From: Octopus sinensis | Lineage: Eukaryota | Assembly (NCBI RefSeq): GCF_006345805.1 | Contig: NC_043005.1 | Span: 84,444,001-84,508,000, forward strand | Direction: 5' to 3' | Length of the DNA stretch: 64,000 nt | Shown: positions 51,958 through 62,839 of the stretch, piece by piece | Layout of the letters: the number at the start of each line of letters is the position of its first letter | How positions within the stretch are numbered: the first letter of the stretch is position 1 | Translations under genes and position numbers: made by a program | Notes under the pieces: generated by a model | The model's input: only the letters and a program-made list of their open reading frames with translations | Databases searched by the model: none | What the model was told of the DNA's origin: nothing

Positions 51958-52873
51958 TGTGTATAGACATATATGTGAGTATTTGTGCACATACATGCAC
52001 ACACACACACATGTATGTGTGTGTGTGTGTGTGTATGCATATATGGATCAAAAGTATAATTGACCAACATAAAACCGTGTGTGTGTGGTTTAGTCAGATA
52101 AAACCATGGCAACTTTAAAGTTAGGCATGGCCATACAGGTGACGCATAAAAATATTTATCTCTCCTGACCAAAATTCTAGAATCCGAGTTGACTTTAATG
52201 GAGGAATTTAAATGATTGAATCGGTGCTGACGTTTATTGGAAGTAGAACTGAAAAGGAAGAGAATAAAATGCTTTGTGGTGCTTTGACAACAAAAACAAC
52301 AGCCACTGCTGCCATTTTGTCCTTGTCATCGTTTCACCGTCATCATTTTAATGTGTGTTTTCCTAGACTTGCATGGATCGGGCAGAATTTATTGTGTTAG
52401 ATTTCCTATGGCCAGACACACCTTCCTGGCACCAGCTTTCACCAGTTCCCAAGCAAGCTAATATTTCTCCATGGTCAGAGATGTTTTCACAGAAGATTGG
52501 AAATGAATGATGTTGCTTGTATGACATTGAAACTCATTTACAACGATCACAAGATATCAAGACAAAATGACACATGAACACACACACACAGACACACGTA
52601 TATGTGGTTCAAAATTCTACAAAAGCCAGAGCCAGCTGAGAGAACAACAAGCAAAGCATATTAGTTTAACGCTCAAGAAGACTAGAAGAGTTTTTGATGC
52701 TTCAAGCTTATGCTCTTTTGCAGAAAGGAGACAAAAACAAATGGATATATATTATGTGTGTGTGTATGTATGTATGTATATATATACATACGAAGCCTAT
52801 AGGCAAATAATGACATGCTTTATAATCAAACCAAGTAAAACTGAGTTTATTGAAAGAGGTACTTTTTGAAAAT

Positions 52874-52977
52874 TCACCTGATGAGACACATCTACACCAA
52901 TGGATACACCATAACCAGTTGTATTGTAGCTCATCCGTGAGGGATCGATGCAAGATGGATCGAAACGATTGCTGTGA
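52874..52977 (+). ncRNA. Type-I hammerhead motif with a large stem-II insert, family 2 (core intact, U16.1 mutated)
   Basis: TCAC CTGATGA GAC-A-CATCTA [~57 nt] AAGATG-G-ATC GAA ACGATTGC T GTGA; colinear with 41641-41744. Confidence 0.6.
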
Positions 52978-53102
52978 TTAATAAAGAATCTTGAATAAAC
53001 CATTTACTGTTCCTCGCATTTGTTTTATATATATATATGTATATATATATACACACACACAGTCACGTATATATTTTATATACACTGACATATGTAATAT
53101 AT

Positions 53103-53185
<83 letters not shown>

Positions 53186-53803
53186 CACACACTTGCACAG
53201 CACATATATGCACACAGACATACACATAAATAAAATGATTGATAGAAAGCTAGGTAGTTAGACAGACAAACAGACAGACAGGTAACACAAGAGAAGAAGG
53301 TAATAAACAGGTAAGTAAACATAAATTGTGATATATTTTCTAAAGTTAAAATAAAAGTTAAAATAAAAATTCAAATAAAAGTACATAGCATTAGCAAGAA
53401 TTTATTGGAATAATCATGGAGTTGTATTCCTCATTTTGATGGTAATAATACCATGGAAGTATGCATTGCTTTGTGGAACATAGCATTTTGATTCCTTCTT
53501 TTAGAGATAATGGTAAAAGTGATTGTTAAGAATGGATGATGAGAAGCCGAAAGAGAAAACTACTAAGAAAGAGAATACGAAAACGAAGAATTGTGTAATA
53601 GATATTGCAGAAGATAAGATAAGAGGAATTGAAGGAGTGAAATTTTTAGGAGGAAGGGAAAGAATTTTAAAGAAAGAAATGAAAGTAAAATTTTGAAGAA
53701 AAACTGGTAAAAATATAGAGGAAACTTTTGAAAAAAGCAGAAGGTACTTAATTAGCAGCTGTCTATCTATCTTTATTCTTCTATTGCCCACTATCTCTGT
53801 CTG

Positions 53804-53837
<34 letters not shown>

Positions 53838-54769
53838 CATTTATGTATCTATCTATCCTCTAACTCTGTATGTCTGTCTCTCTATCTATCTATCGATTTA
53901 TCTATCTATCTCTAGCTGTCTCCCTCCTAGATTTATCTATCTGTATGTATATATATATCCCACAAAACATTCTTTGGAATGAAAATAATAAATAATAGAT
54001 ATAGGAAAAAAAAATTGAAGATAAAACTGGATGGAGAATTAGACGAAAGAGAAATTTCGAGAAGAGATAAAGAGGAAGAACAAATGAAGGAAAAAACATA
54101 ATGTTGAAAGACCTTCACCATGATCACTGCCATCACTACTACAACCACAACCAGCACCGCCAGGAATATCAACACCAAAAAATAGTTGAAAATAAAAGTG
54201 TAATAACAAATAAGAAGAACATCAACAACATCGAAGAGTTGCTCCAAAGATAATAAAAATAATAATAAAATAAATAAAAAATAAACAAAATGAAACGAAA
54301 ATAGTAAAAAGAGACAAACAGTTTTGGAACATTATTAAAATTTGTCCATAATGTCTAGCAGAATAGACTCTTCAAAAACAAATCACCATGTTTTTGGCAT
54401 CTGTCCCAATCTTTCCTTTTCAATTAACCGGTTTTTACCATCCTCTAACAAATTACAGCTATTGAGTAGATAAAAGATCTTATTTATGTCTTAGAGCTTT
54501 CTCCACTTTATTGTTGTACCTCTATGAAAAATATAGAGTCTTTTATTTTTTTGTAGCCTAATATTCTGTCTATATTATGGCTATCTGCTCGTTATAGGGT
54601 GATAGAGTGTTAGGTTGATTGCTGACTGTGTACAGCTGCTGTTAATATGGCAAACCCGCAGTGTGTGTAGTTACAGAAGAAATAGATTGATAAATCTACA
54701 TTGTGCAGTTGTAGACGAGATGATTCTGCAGTATGTTGATGCAGACTAGAGAGGTGGATGGGCCTGGAA

Positions 54770-55130
54770 GAGGTTAGGCATGGTGCCAGTGGAACATTAA
54801 AAGCACATCTGAGTGTGGGGTGTAACCAGCCCACTTATGAGTACCCCTCGTTTATTGGAAAATAAAATTTGCTTGTGAAGACCTTTTGAGGCAAGTGAAA
54901 TCAAAATCATAATCACTGACGTGGCTGATGACAGTACCACCTGATTGGCCAGTGGAATGTTAAAAGTACATCCGAGCATGGGGTGTAACCACCTGATTGG
55001 CACTCATGCCAGTGGAACATTAAAAGCACATTTGAGCATGATTGTTGCTAGGGCTGCGGCTTGGCTCCCATGCTGGTGGTATGTAAAAAGCACCATTTGA
55101 GTGTGATCATTGCCAGTGTTGCCTTACTGT
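54770..55130 (+). mobile_element. GAT-tail family internal repeat array
   Basis: Repeated GCCAGTGGAA(C/T)(A/G)TTAAAAG(C/T)ACAT units and the GAAGACCTTTTGAGGCAAGTG block. Confidence 0.7.
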
Positions 55131-55694
55131 TCAGTTGTTCTTGACCCTTTTTTCCCCCCATGGAGCCTTTCAGTTTCTATTTTACTCAGACCCTTATAAC
55201 CACCCAATGTTTTAAAATAAAGTCTAATGACTGAAACAAGAAAAAATGATAAACTATACATTGACTTTGTATTTCTTTATTTCAACTGTTACATATGTTT
55301 CAGTAGTCAGCAACACATGACGTCACACAATAAATGCAACCAGCTGATGCACCCTATAGGGCCAGCATATTGAGCAAACACGTTGTCATACACTCATAGA
55401 GAAAATACAAGGAGGTAGGTTGGGAAACCGATTAACATATCCACAGAGTTTGTAAGGGACGGGATTAGGCATTGGGCATAGAATAAGGACTTGGGTTGCT
55501 TTTACTTGACCTTATGAGAGGGGAGGGATGAATGGAGGATATTTAGCATGTTGGCAAAATAATGAGATACAATAAATTGCTAGGGGCGAACAGTGGGGTT
55601 TAAAGTAATTCACATTAGAGCTCAAACTTGAATGGTTTAATTGTCGTATGTTGACTGCATCTAATCATATATCTATAATTTTTTCAAAGAAAAT

Positions 55695-55865
55695 GTTGAT
55701 AAGGACTTCAAAGTTTTGGCACACTTTCTTTTTATCAAACTGTGCTACATGCGGGTTCCTTTTGGCTTTTTATAGTATTTGGCAAAGACTTTATGAAGCT
55801 AACAAGAACCCAAGTAGCTCAATCTAATGAAAGTGAGCAAGCAAAAACTTTGAAGTCACTGTCTA
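55695..55865. ncRNA. Fold-back element with two divergent, decayed hammerhead motifs
   Basis: Plus arm CTAATGA A AGT GAGCAA GCA AAA ACTTTGAAGT C ACTGTC (55824-55863); minus arm CACAGT TTGATAA ... AAAACTTTGAAGT C CTTATC (55746-55698). Confidence 0.5.
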
Positions 55866-56186
55866 TATTTTCTCAGTAAAAGTTATCTGTATATTTTCAT
55901 TTGGTTATGTTTTATTAAGAAATAGTGTTTTACAGATTTAAAGAAAGTGGAGTGGGTTATGAGGAATCAAACTGGACCCAGCACATTTCTGGTACTTACT
56001 TTGGAAGCTCAGGACTGTCATTAAAATAATATGGTTTCACTCACCTGAAAAACAGAAGGAAAGAAAAACTGTTAGAAATCAAGGTAAACAAGAAGAATAT
56101 AAGAAAAAGAAAGAGAAAATAGAAAGAAATTATGAAGTAAGTAATGTAAAGAAAGATAGATTAAATACACACACACACACACACAC

Positions 56187-56218
<32 letters not shown>

Positions 56219-56219
56219 G

Positions 56220-56430
56220 TGACCGCATGTGTACTGTTGGCGATTTTTTTTTCCTCCGTCTTTCCTTCTCTGGATCTTTCCTTTTCCTATGTTTCTGACG
56301 AAGAGCTCCGCTCGAAACATTAAACCCTCCTTCTTCCCTTCATTTCTGAGCATCCAATAATACTATATCTGTTCCACGTCCTCACGTTGTTGCGTTTTCT
56401 CTTTGTGTTTTCATGTTTGGATTAATTTTA
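56220..56430 (+). mobile_element. Penelope-type terminal repeat fragment
   Basis: Contains the hammerhead at 56291; bounded by (TA)n. Confidence 0.55.
56291..56325 (+). ncRNA. Minimal type-I hammerhead ribozyme motif, family 3
   Basis: GTTT CTGACGA A GAGC TCC GCTC GAA ACAT T AAAC; stems I and II perfect, core intact, ACAT likely CpG-decayed ACGT. Confidence 0.7.
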
Positions 56431-56469
56431 TATATACATATATGTGTATGTATATGTATATATATACAT

Positions 56470-57085
56470 ACATCATCATCATCATCATCATTTAGCGTCC
56501 GTTTTCCATGCTAGCATGGGTTGGACGGTTCTACTGGGGTCTGTGAAGCCAGAAGGCTTCATCAGGCCCAGTCAAATCTGGCAGTGTTTCTACGGCTGGA
56601 TGCCCTTCCTAACGCCAACCACTCCGTGAGTGTAGTGGGTGCTTTTTACGTGCCACCCGCACTGGTGCCAGACAGAGCTGGCAAACGGCCACGAACGGAT
56701 GGTGCTTTTTATGTGCCACCGGCACGAGGGCCAGGCGAGGCTGGCAACGGACACGAAACGGGGCAGTGCTGGCAACGGTCGCGAAACGGAAAGTTCTCTT
56801 ACATGCCACCGGCACTGGTAACACATCTGCAATTTCCATTGATCGATTTCGATTCTGATCCTCACTTGCCTCAATGGGTCTTCACAAGCAGAGTTTCGAC
56901 ATGCCACCGGTACTGGTAGCACATCCGCAATTTCCATTGATCGATTTCGATTCTGATCCTCACTTGCCTCAACACGTCTTCACAAGTAGAGTTTTGTGTC
57001 CCAAGAAGGGAAGGTATGCATACGTAGGCTGGCTCCATCCTATGTAGAAGGCCACGGGTTGTGGACTCACTTGTCCTGCCGTATA
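56470..57085 (-). mobile_element. GAT-tail retroposon, long copy with an internal ~99-bp duplication
   Basis: (CAT)n-TTTAGCGTCCGTTTTCCATGC end; ~50-bp GTGCCACCGGCAC units; block 56805-56895 repeated at 56904-56995. Confidence 0.85.
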
Positions 57086-57369
57086 TATATATATACATCC
57101 ATACATATATATACATCCATACATATATATACATATACATCCATACATATATATACATACATATACATATATATATATACATACATACACACATACATAT
57201 ACGACAGGCTTCTTTCAGTTTTTGTCACAAAGCTTTGGTCGGCCTGAGGCTATAACAGAAAACACTTGCCCAAGATGCCATGCAGTGGGACTGAACCCGA
57301 GACCATGTGGCTGGGAACCAAGCTACTTACCACACAGCCACTCCTGTGCCTACCACCCAACCACTCCTC

Positions 57370-57505
57370 AAACTTTTATAAGGAAAAGTTCGACAGTAAC
57401 ATCGAAGTTACAGCTTGCTTGCTTTCATTACACTGCGACAGTCTGATGAAGATAAGAAGTCAAACTTCAAAGTCACTATCAACATTCTCCATGGAAAAGT
57501 TCAAT
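57370..57505. ncRNA. Back-to-back divergent hammerhead pair (family 4)
   Basis: Plus: GACAGT CTGATGA A GAT AAGAA GTC -AA ACTTCAAAGT C ACTATC (57437-57480); minus: GCAGT GTAATGA A AGC AAGCAA GCT GTA ACTTCGATGT T ACTGTC (57436-57392). Confidence 0.6.
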
Positions 57506-57589
57506 AAACATGTAGTCTACTAAAAGATCTTGAGTAATCCTTCGGTTTAATGCTAAACTGGTGTGCGTGTGTGGGGGGGGGGGGTCACT

Positions 57590-58075
57590 ATACAAATGGT
57601 GATTTTGGTGGTGGTGGACATGTTTGTAGTGGTGACGGTGATGATAGTGTTACTGGTTGTTGCGACTGTAGTGGTAGTGGTGACTGCTGTGGTGGTGGTG
57701 GTGGTGGTGATGACTCAGATGTTGGCGGTGGGGATTGTAGTGGTCACATTGGTAGTCATGGTGATGGTAGGGATTAAAATGGTGGGGGGGGGTGTAGCGT
57801 AGAAATGGTGATAATTAATGAAGCAGCAATTAGAAATGATGACGATATTGAGAGATAATTTGATGGCGGTGGTGGCGATGGTGGGGCTGGTTTGATGTTA
57901 AGTAAAATACTAACAGTTGATGATGATGATTCTGATGATGATGATTATGATGATGATGATGGTGATGACAATAGGTGAAATAGTAATAATTTGTATTAGT
58001 GTTAGTCATAGTGGTGGTGGTGGTGGTGTTTGTGGTCATGGAGATGGTAGTAGTAGTGGTAATGGTGATAGTTTA
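57590..58075. repeat. (GGT/GAT/AGT)n low-complexity tract
   Basis: Direct reading. Confidence 0.9.
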
Positions 58076-58310
58076 AATGAAGCGCGACATAAGATAGTTT
58101 ATGATGTATTCAACAACAATGGACCGTAAAGAAAAGTAATCGAAGCCGAGAATGTCATGAAACTGGAGAGAGTGGCGTGGGAGGGATGGGGGGAGGCATA
58201 TATATATATATATACACATATATATATATACATACATATATACACATACATATATATATATACACACATACATATACATATATATATATATACACACATA
58301 CATATCTATA

Positions 58311-58346
<36 letters not shown>

Positions 58347-58499
58347 CTGCTCTATAACTTAGCTTGTGCTTCTTTTTACGGATTCTTGTTTACGGACGAT
58401 CTCTCTGTATATATATATGTGTGTGTTTGTGTACAATAGACAGGTAGATTGATGACTGATCATCAAATATACATACACATATAGTTATCACTCTATCTA

Positions 58500-58538
<39 letters not shown>

Positions 58539-58600
58539 TATATATATCTATATATGTATGTATATATATGTGTGTGTATATATATATACATATAAATGTG

Positions 58601-58633
<33 letters not shown>

Positions 58634-59964
58634 ATATATATGGGTGTGTGTGTGTGTGTAAAGATATATACATACACATAAGTAGACACTTTGACACACA
58701 CACACACACACATGCATACGCATATATATATATGTATGTATGTGTATATATACACACACACACGTGCACACACACACTGAGGATGATACACAGTCATACA
58801 CATATTCATGATTTGATGTGGCATATATACACACACACATATGCTCACATACATACAGTGGATGATACACACACAGACACACAGTCACACACATATATAA
58901 TACATATGAATTGATGACACACACCCACACACACACACACTCACACACACATAAATATAAATATAAATATATGTATATTTGATAGCAAAATGGATGGATT
59001 AGTTGGTAGACTGGTGACTCGATGGAGAAGCTTGGTAAACAGATAAGATAGATATTGATTAAAAGATAAATAAACATCCAGATTGAGAGGTTGGTGGTGG
59101 GGGTGGTGAAGACAGGAAGAGAATTAAATTTATAGGATCCTCTGTGTGTGTGTGTGTAAGTGAGGGATAGAGTTGGGTGACGAGAGGTAAATCCATACTT
59201 CAAGGAAACATGGTATCCTTGCAGCTAGTATAATCCGAGAATGCTTGGAACAACCCTCGCAGCCTCCCACCCAGCATCATCATCCCATATCCTGGTATTT
59301 TCTTTCTTTTTTTTTTTTTGTGATGGTTGGCAGGGATGGAGAGGAGTTTTAGTTTGAAGGCAAGCCTTAGTCACTTCATCATCAACAACATCATCATCAT
59401 CATCATCATCATCATCACCACCATGACTAGATTTTTTTTATTTCTATTTTCTCATACATATATAAATGATTTCGTTTCCTTATATGAGACGACACGGCAA
59501 TGCTGTGAGCGAGTAAGAGATTTCTCGATTTCTGATTCCTCACCTCCTCTCCCCCCCACCAAACCATTTCCTCCACTCCCCCCTCTTATTCCTCAGTTTC
59601 CTTTGCTCTTTTCTTTTTCCCCCCTCCAAACTTATTCAATCGACTATTGCTCCACCACCCTACCCTCCAACCCCCCTCCACCTTCCAGCCACCCATGCCT
59701 TCCCAGATAGAACTATACGTTTCTGTCGTTGCAGAGAGGGTGGCAAGTGTGAACGAGTGAGTAGAAACGGTTGTTGTTGTTGCTGATGGTGGTGGTGGTG
59801 GTGGCGAAGACGGAGAAAGGCAAACATTTCTTTGGATGGCACTCATTAATTCGTTCTCGCACGCATTCACTGAATAAGCAATTCAGAAATGTCTTTGAAC
59901 ATCAGACTTGGAAGAATTATAGCAGAAAGTAAATTTCGGCTTTTTATTTCCTCCTCTTCACAGG

Positions 59965-60372
59965 TACCAGAGTGGCTGTGTGGTAAGAAGTTTGCTTCCT
60001 GACCACAAAATTCCAGGTTCAGTCCCACTGCATGACACCTTGGACAAGAGCCTTTTACTATAGCCTTGGGCCAACCAAAGACTTGCAAGTGGATCTGGTA
60101 ATTAGAAACTGAAAGAAGCCTATTATGTATATGTATATATATATATAGATGCATGTATAGTTTCTCAGTGTTTCTGTGTTTGTCTGCCACCCCTGCCTGA
60201 CAACCAGTGTTGGTGTGTTTATGTCCCCTGTCACTTAGCAGTTCAGCAAAACAGATCGATAGAATAAATTCCAGGCTTTAAAAAAAAAGATTGGGGTTCA
60301 TTCATTTAACTAAAATTCCTCAAGGTGGTGCTCCAGCCTGGCCACAATCTAATGATTGAAACAAGTATGAAG
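59965..60372 (+). mobile_element. SINE-B, full length
   Basis: GAGTGGCTGTGTGGTAAG head through GGTGCTCCAGC...TGAAACAAGTA tail. Confidence 0.85.
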
Positions 60373-60599
60373 GTACATAGTCTGGTGATTATGGTATGGC
60401 ACTCGTGACTAAGATTGTGACACTGATTCCCAGATCGAGTGATACATTGTGTTCTTGAGCCAAACACTTCATTCTACACTGGCCCAGTCCACTCAGCTGT
60501 AAATGGGCTCCAGCAATAAGTGGGAAACAGATCCTGTGACAGACCAGAGTTGAGTCATTTAGGAGGGTGCATGGCATGGTGGTTAGAGTATTCTTTTCT

Positions 60600-60985
60600 A
60601 CTCTAGGCACAAGGCCAAAAACTTTGAGGGAGGGGGGGCCAGTGGATTAGATTGACTCCAATATGCAGCTGGTACTTAATTTATCAACCCCAAAAGGATG
60701 AAAGGCAAAGTCAACCTTGGCAGAATTTGAACTCAGAATGTAAAGACAGACAAAATACCTATTTCTTTACTACCCACAAGGGGCTAAACACAGAAAGGAC
60801 AAACAAGGACAGACAAACAGATTAAGTCGATTATATCGACCCCAGTGCATAACTGGTACTTATTTAATTGACCCCGAAAGGATGAAAGGCAAAGTCGACC
60901 TTGGCAGAATTTGAACTCAGAAAGTAAAGAGGGACAAAATACCGCTAAGCATTTCACCTGGCATGCTAACGTTTCTGCTAGGTCA
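60600..60985 (-). mobile_element. Two adjacent SINE-A copies with different 3' tails (~60600-60760 and ~60762-60985)
   Basis: Shared core GAAAGGATGAAAGGCAAAGTC(A/G)ACCTTGGCAGAATTTGAACTCAG; tails GGCACAAGGCC versus TTTCTTTACTACCCACAAGGGG. Confidence 0.85.
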
Positions 60986-60999
60986 CAGCCTCTCATAAA

Positions 61000-61200
61000 T
61001 CTCTTATTATAAAAGGCAGATTTTATCTGCCTCCCTTTGTATCTTATAGAAATCTACAATATAGGATTTCTTCAATTACAATTTACCTAGCATTTTTAAG
61101 AGTAGAATGCATCGGGTCGTGCCAGGTCCAGTTTTTAAAATTTCACCCCAATAAGCAAATTTAGAGAAAACTCACATTGTGGTGTATATGTCAAATGTTT
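61000..61200 (+). mobile_element. Helitron-like 5' fragment
   Basis: A|TC start followed by GGCAGA..TCTGCC hairpin; homologous to 19440-19629. Confidence 0.6.
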
Positions 61201-61389
61201 TTCTTAGTGTGGGCTACAGCACACGCAAACGCACACACACACAAACGGAGCGAACTGTTTCACTGACGCTGTCACCCTTCTCCTCCTTTCTCTTTGCAAG
61301 TTTGCAGCTATTAAAGTGAAAACAGTGAATCCGACAGCGATTAAGAAAATGAATTGGTACCTGAATGGAGTGAAAATTTAAAAACTGTT

Positions 61390-61650
61390 TCTTTCGGAGA
61401 TTTTTCTGAAGAAACTGCACCAAGCCACAGACTTTCCCAGAAGAGTAAAGCCTTAAACTATTTCTTTTTACTTTTTCGAATGAGCCCATTTGAAATCATT
61501 ACGGCGGAAACGAACTGTTACGCTAAACGTAAACAAAACGAAAGAAAGGATAGTTTGTTATTTCCCACAACCTTAAATGAAATTAAGGCCTATTTTGCCA
61601 TAAATATTTTTATGGGTATCAGAAAGTTACCCAGAATAACAAATTCTATC
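61390..61650 (+). pseudogene. piggyBac transposase N-terminal fragment
   Basis: LNYFFLLF...FEIITAETNCYA...FPTTLNEIKAYFAINIFMGIRKLPRI matches the piggyBac F.LF..I..ETN.YA..T..E...F.G..L.MG...LP pattern. Confidence 0.8.
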
Positions 61651-62084
61651 ATAAAATTTTGTTGTATACCCAATTGAATATTAGCTAATAACCCATTTTC
61701 TATAGCGATGTTTGAACAAAATTTTAATAATTTTATATATTGTTGAATTTACCTGTATCTACCTGCAATTAAAGTCACTTTGTGACAAAAATTATAGTAT
61801 AGAATTGGTTGAGGACATTTCATTAAATTATCTTCCAAAAATCACATTAATATATTGATAAATAAAAAAGTTATTGTTGTTTAATGAAACCAGACTAAAT
61901 TTATGATTATGTTAGAAAATAATTGAAACACATAAGGGGTGTATTTTGGTCAGAAATATAGTAACGAAAGGGTTAAGAAAAACCAAAAAATATTTTATTC
62001 TTTATAAATGTTGTGTTCAAAATAACATTTTCTTTTAAGAATGTGTATATAACAGAGTATGTGTATATAACTACGTGACTTATA

Positions 62085-62470
62085 TCTTTATATATAAGAG
62101 TGAAGTTGTGTGTCTGTCTCCTACGATTTAGATTCGTAACTACTCCCACATTTTGCGGTGCAGTGTAACCATCTTATAGTCGTGAGTCATATCGAGCCCT
62201 TCTGGGTATTAGCGTGCGTCTACGATGAGTCTACGATTTAAAAAAATTTACCATCATATTTTTCCATTTTAATGCATTTTTTCGCTATTATATAAGGGAA
62301 GTAACTCTCTAAAAATATCTACGATGTGTCAACGATTTAAAAAAAATTTACCTTAATTTTTTTTCCATTTTTAATGCATTTTTTTCCTATTTTTTTGGCT
62401 ATAACTCTCTAAAAATGCTTATATAGTTATTTCCCTTACAAACCCGAGCAACGCTGCGCGATACTGCTAG
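62085..62470 (+). mobile_element. Non-autonomous Helitron
   Basis: A|TC 5' end (62085), subterminal GC hairpin around 62444-62460, CTAG|T 3' end (62467-62470); internal ~100-bp duplication. Confidence 0.82.
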
Positions 62471-62797
62471 TTAATAATAAAAATCAGTGAAGAGATGATC
62501 AAAGAAAACAGGTGTGAATCGATGTTAACTCTGTCTCTTCCCCCGCCCCCGTTCCCTCTCTACCCTTCGCCTCTCTTTCTCTGATTTGAGGAATGGAGGT
62601 TTGCTGTTTTGTTGTTTTTGGTGGCGTTTCAGCATCTTGTATGTCATTTTGGGATTGACCATGTGTGTGTGTATACACACATGCATGCACTTAGATATAC
62701 ATATATAAACATAGACACACATACATACACACATATATAAATATATGAGTGCATGTATGTTGACGTATGTGACCATGTGCACAGAAATCTCTTTCTC

Positions 62798-62839
<42 letters not shown>

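Noticed and set aside
7287-60372. tRNA-like A/B boxes
   Set aside because: They belong to SINE heads; no complete cloverleaf is visible
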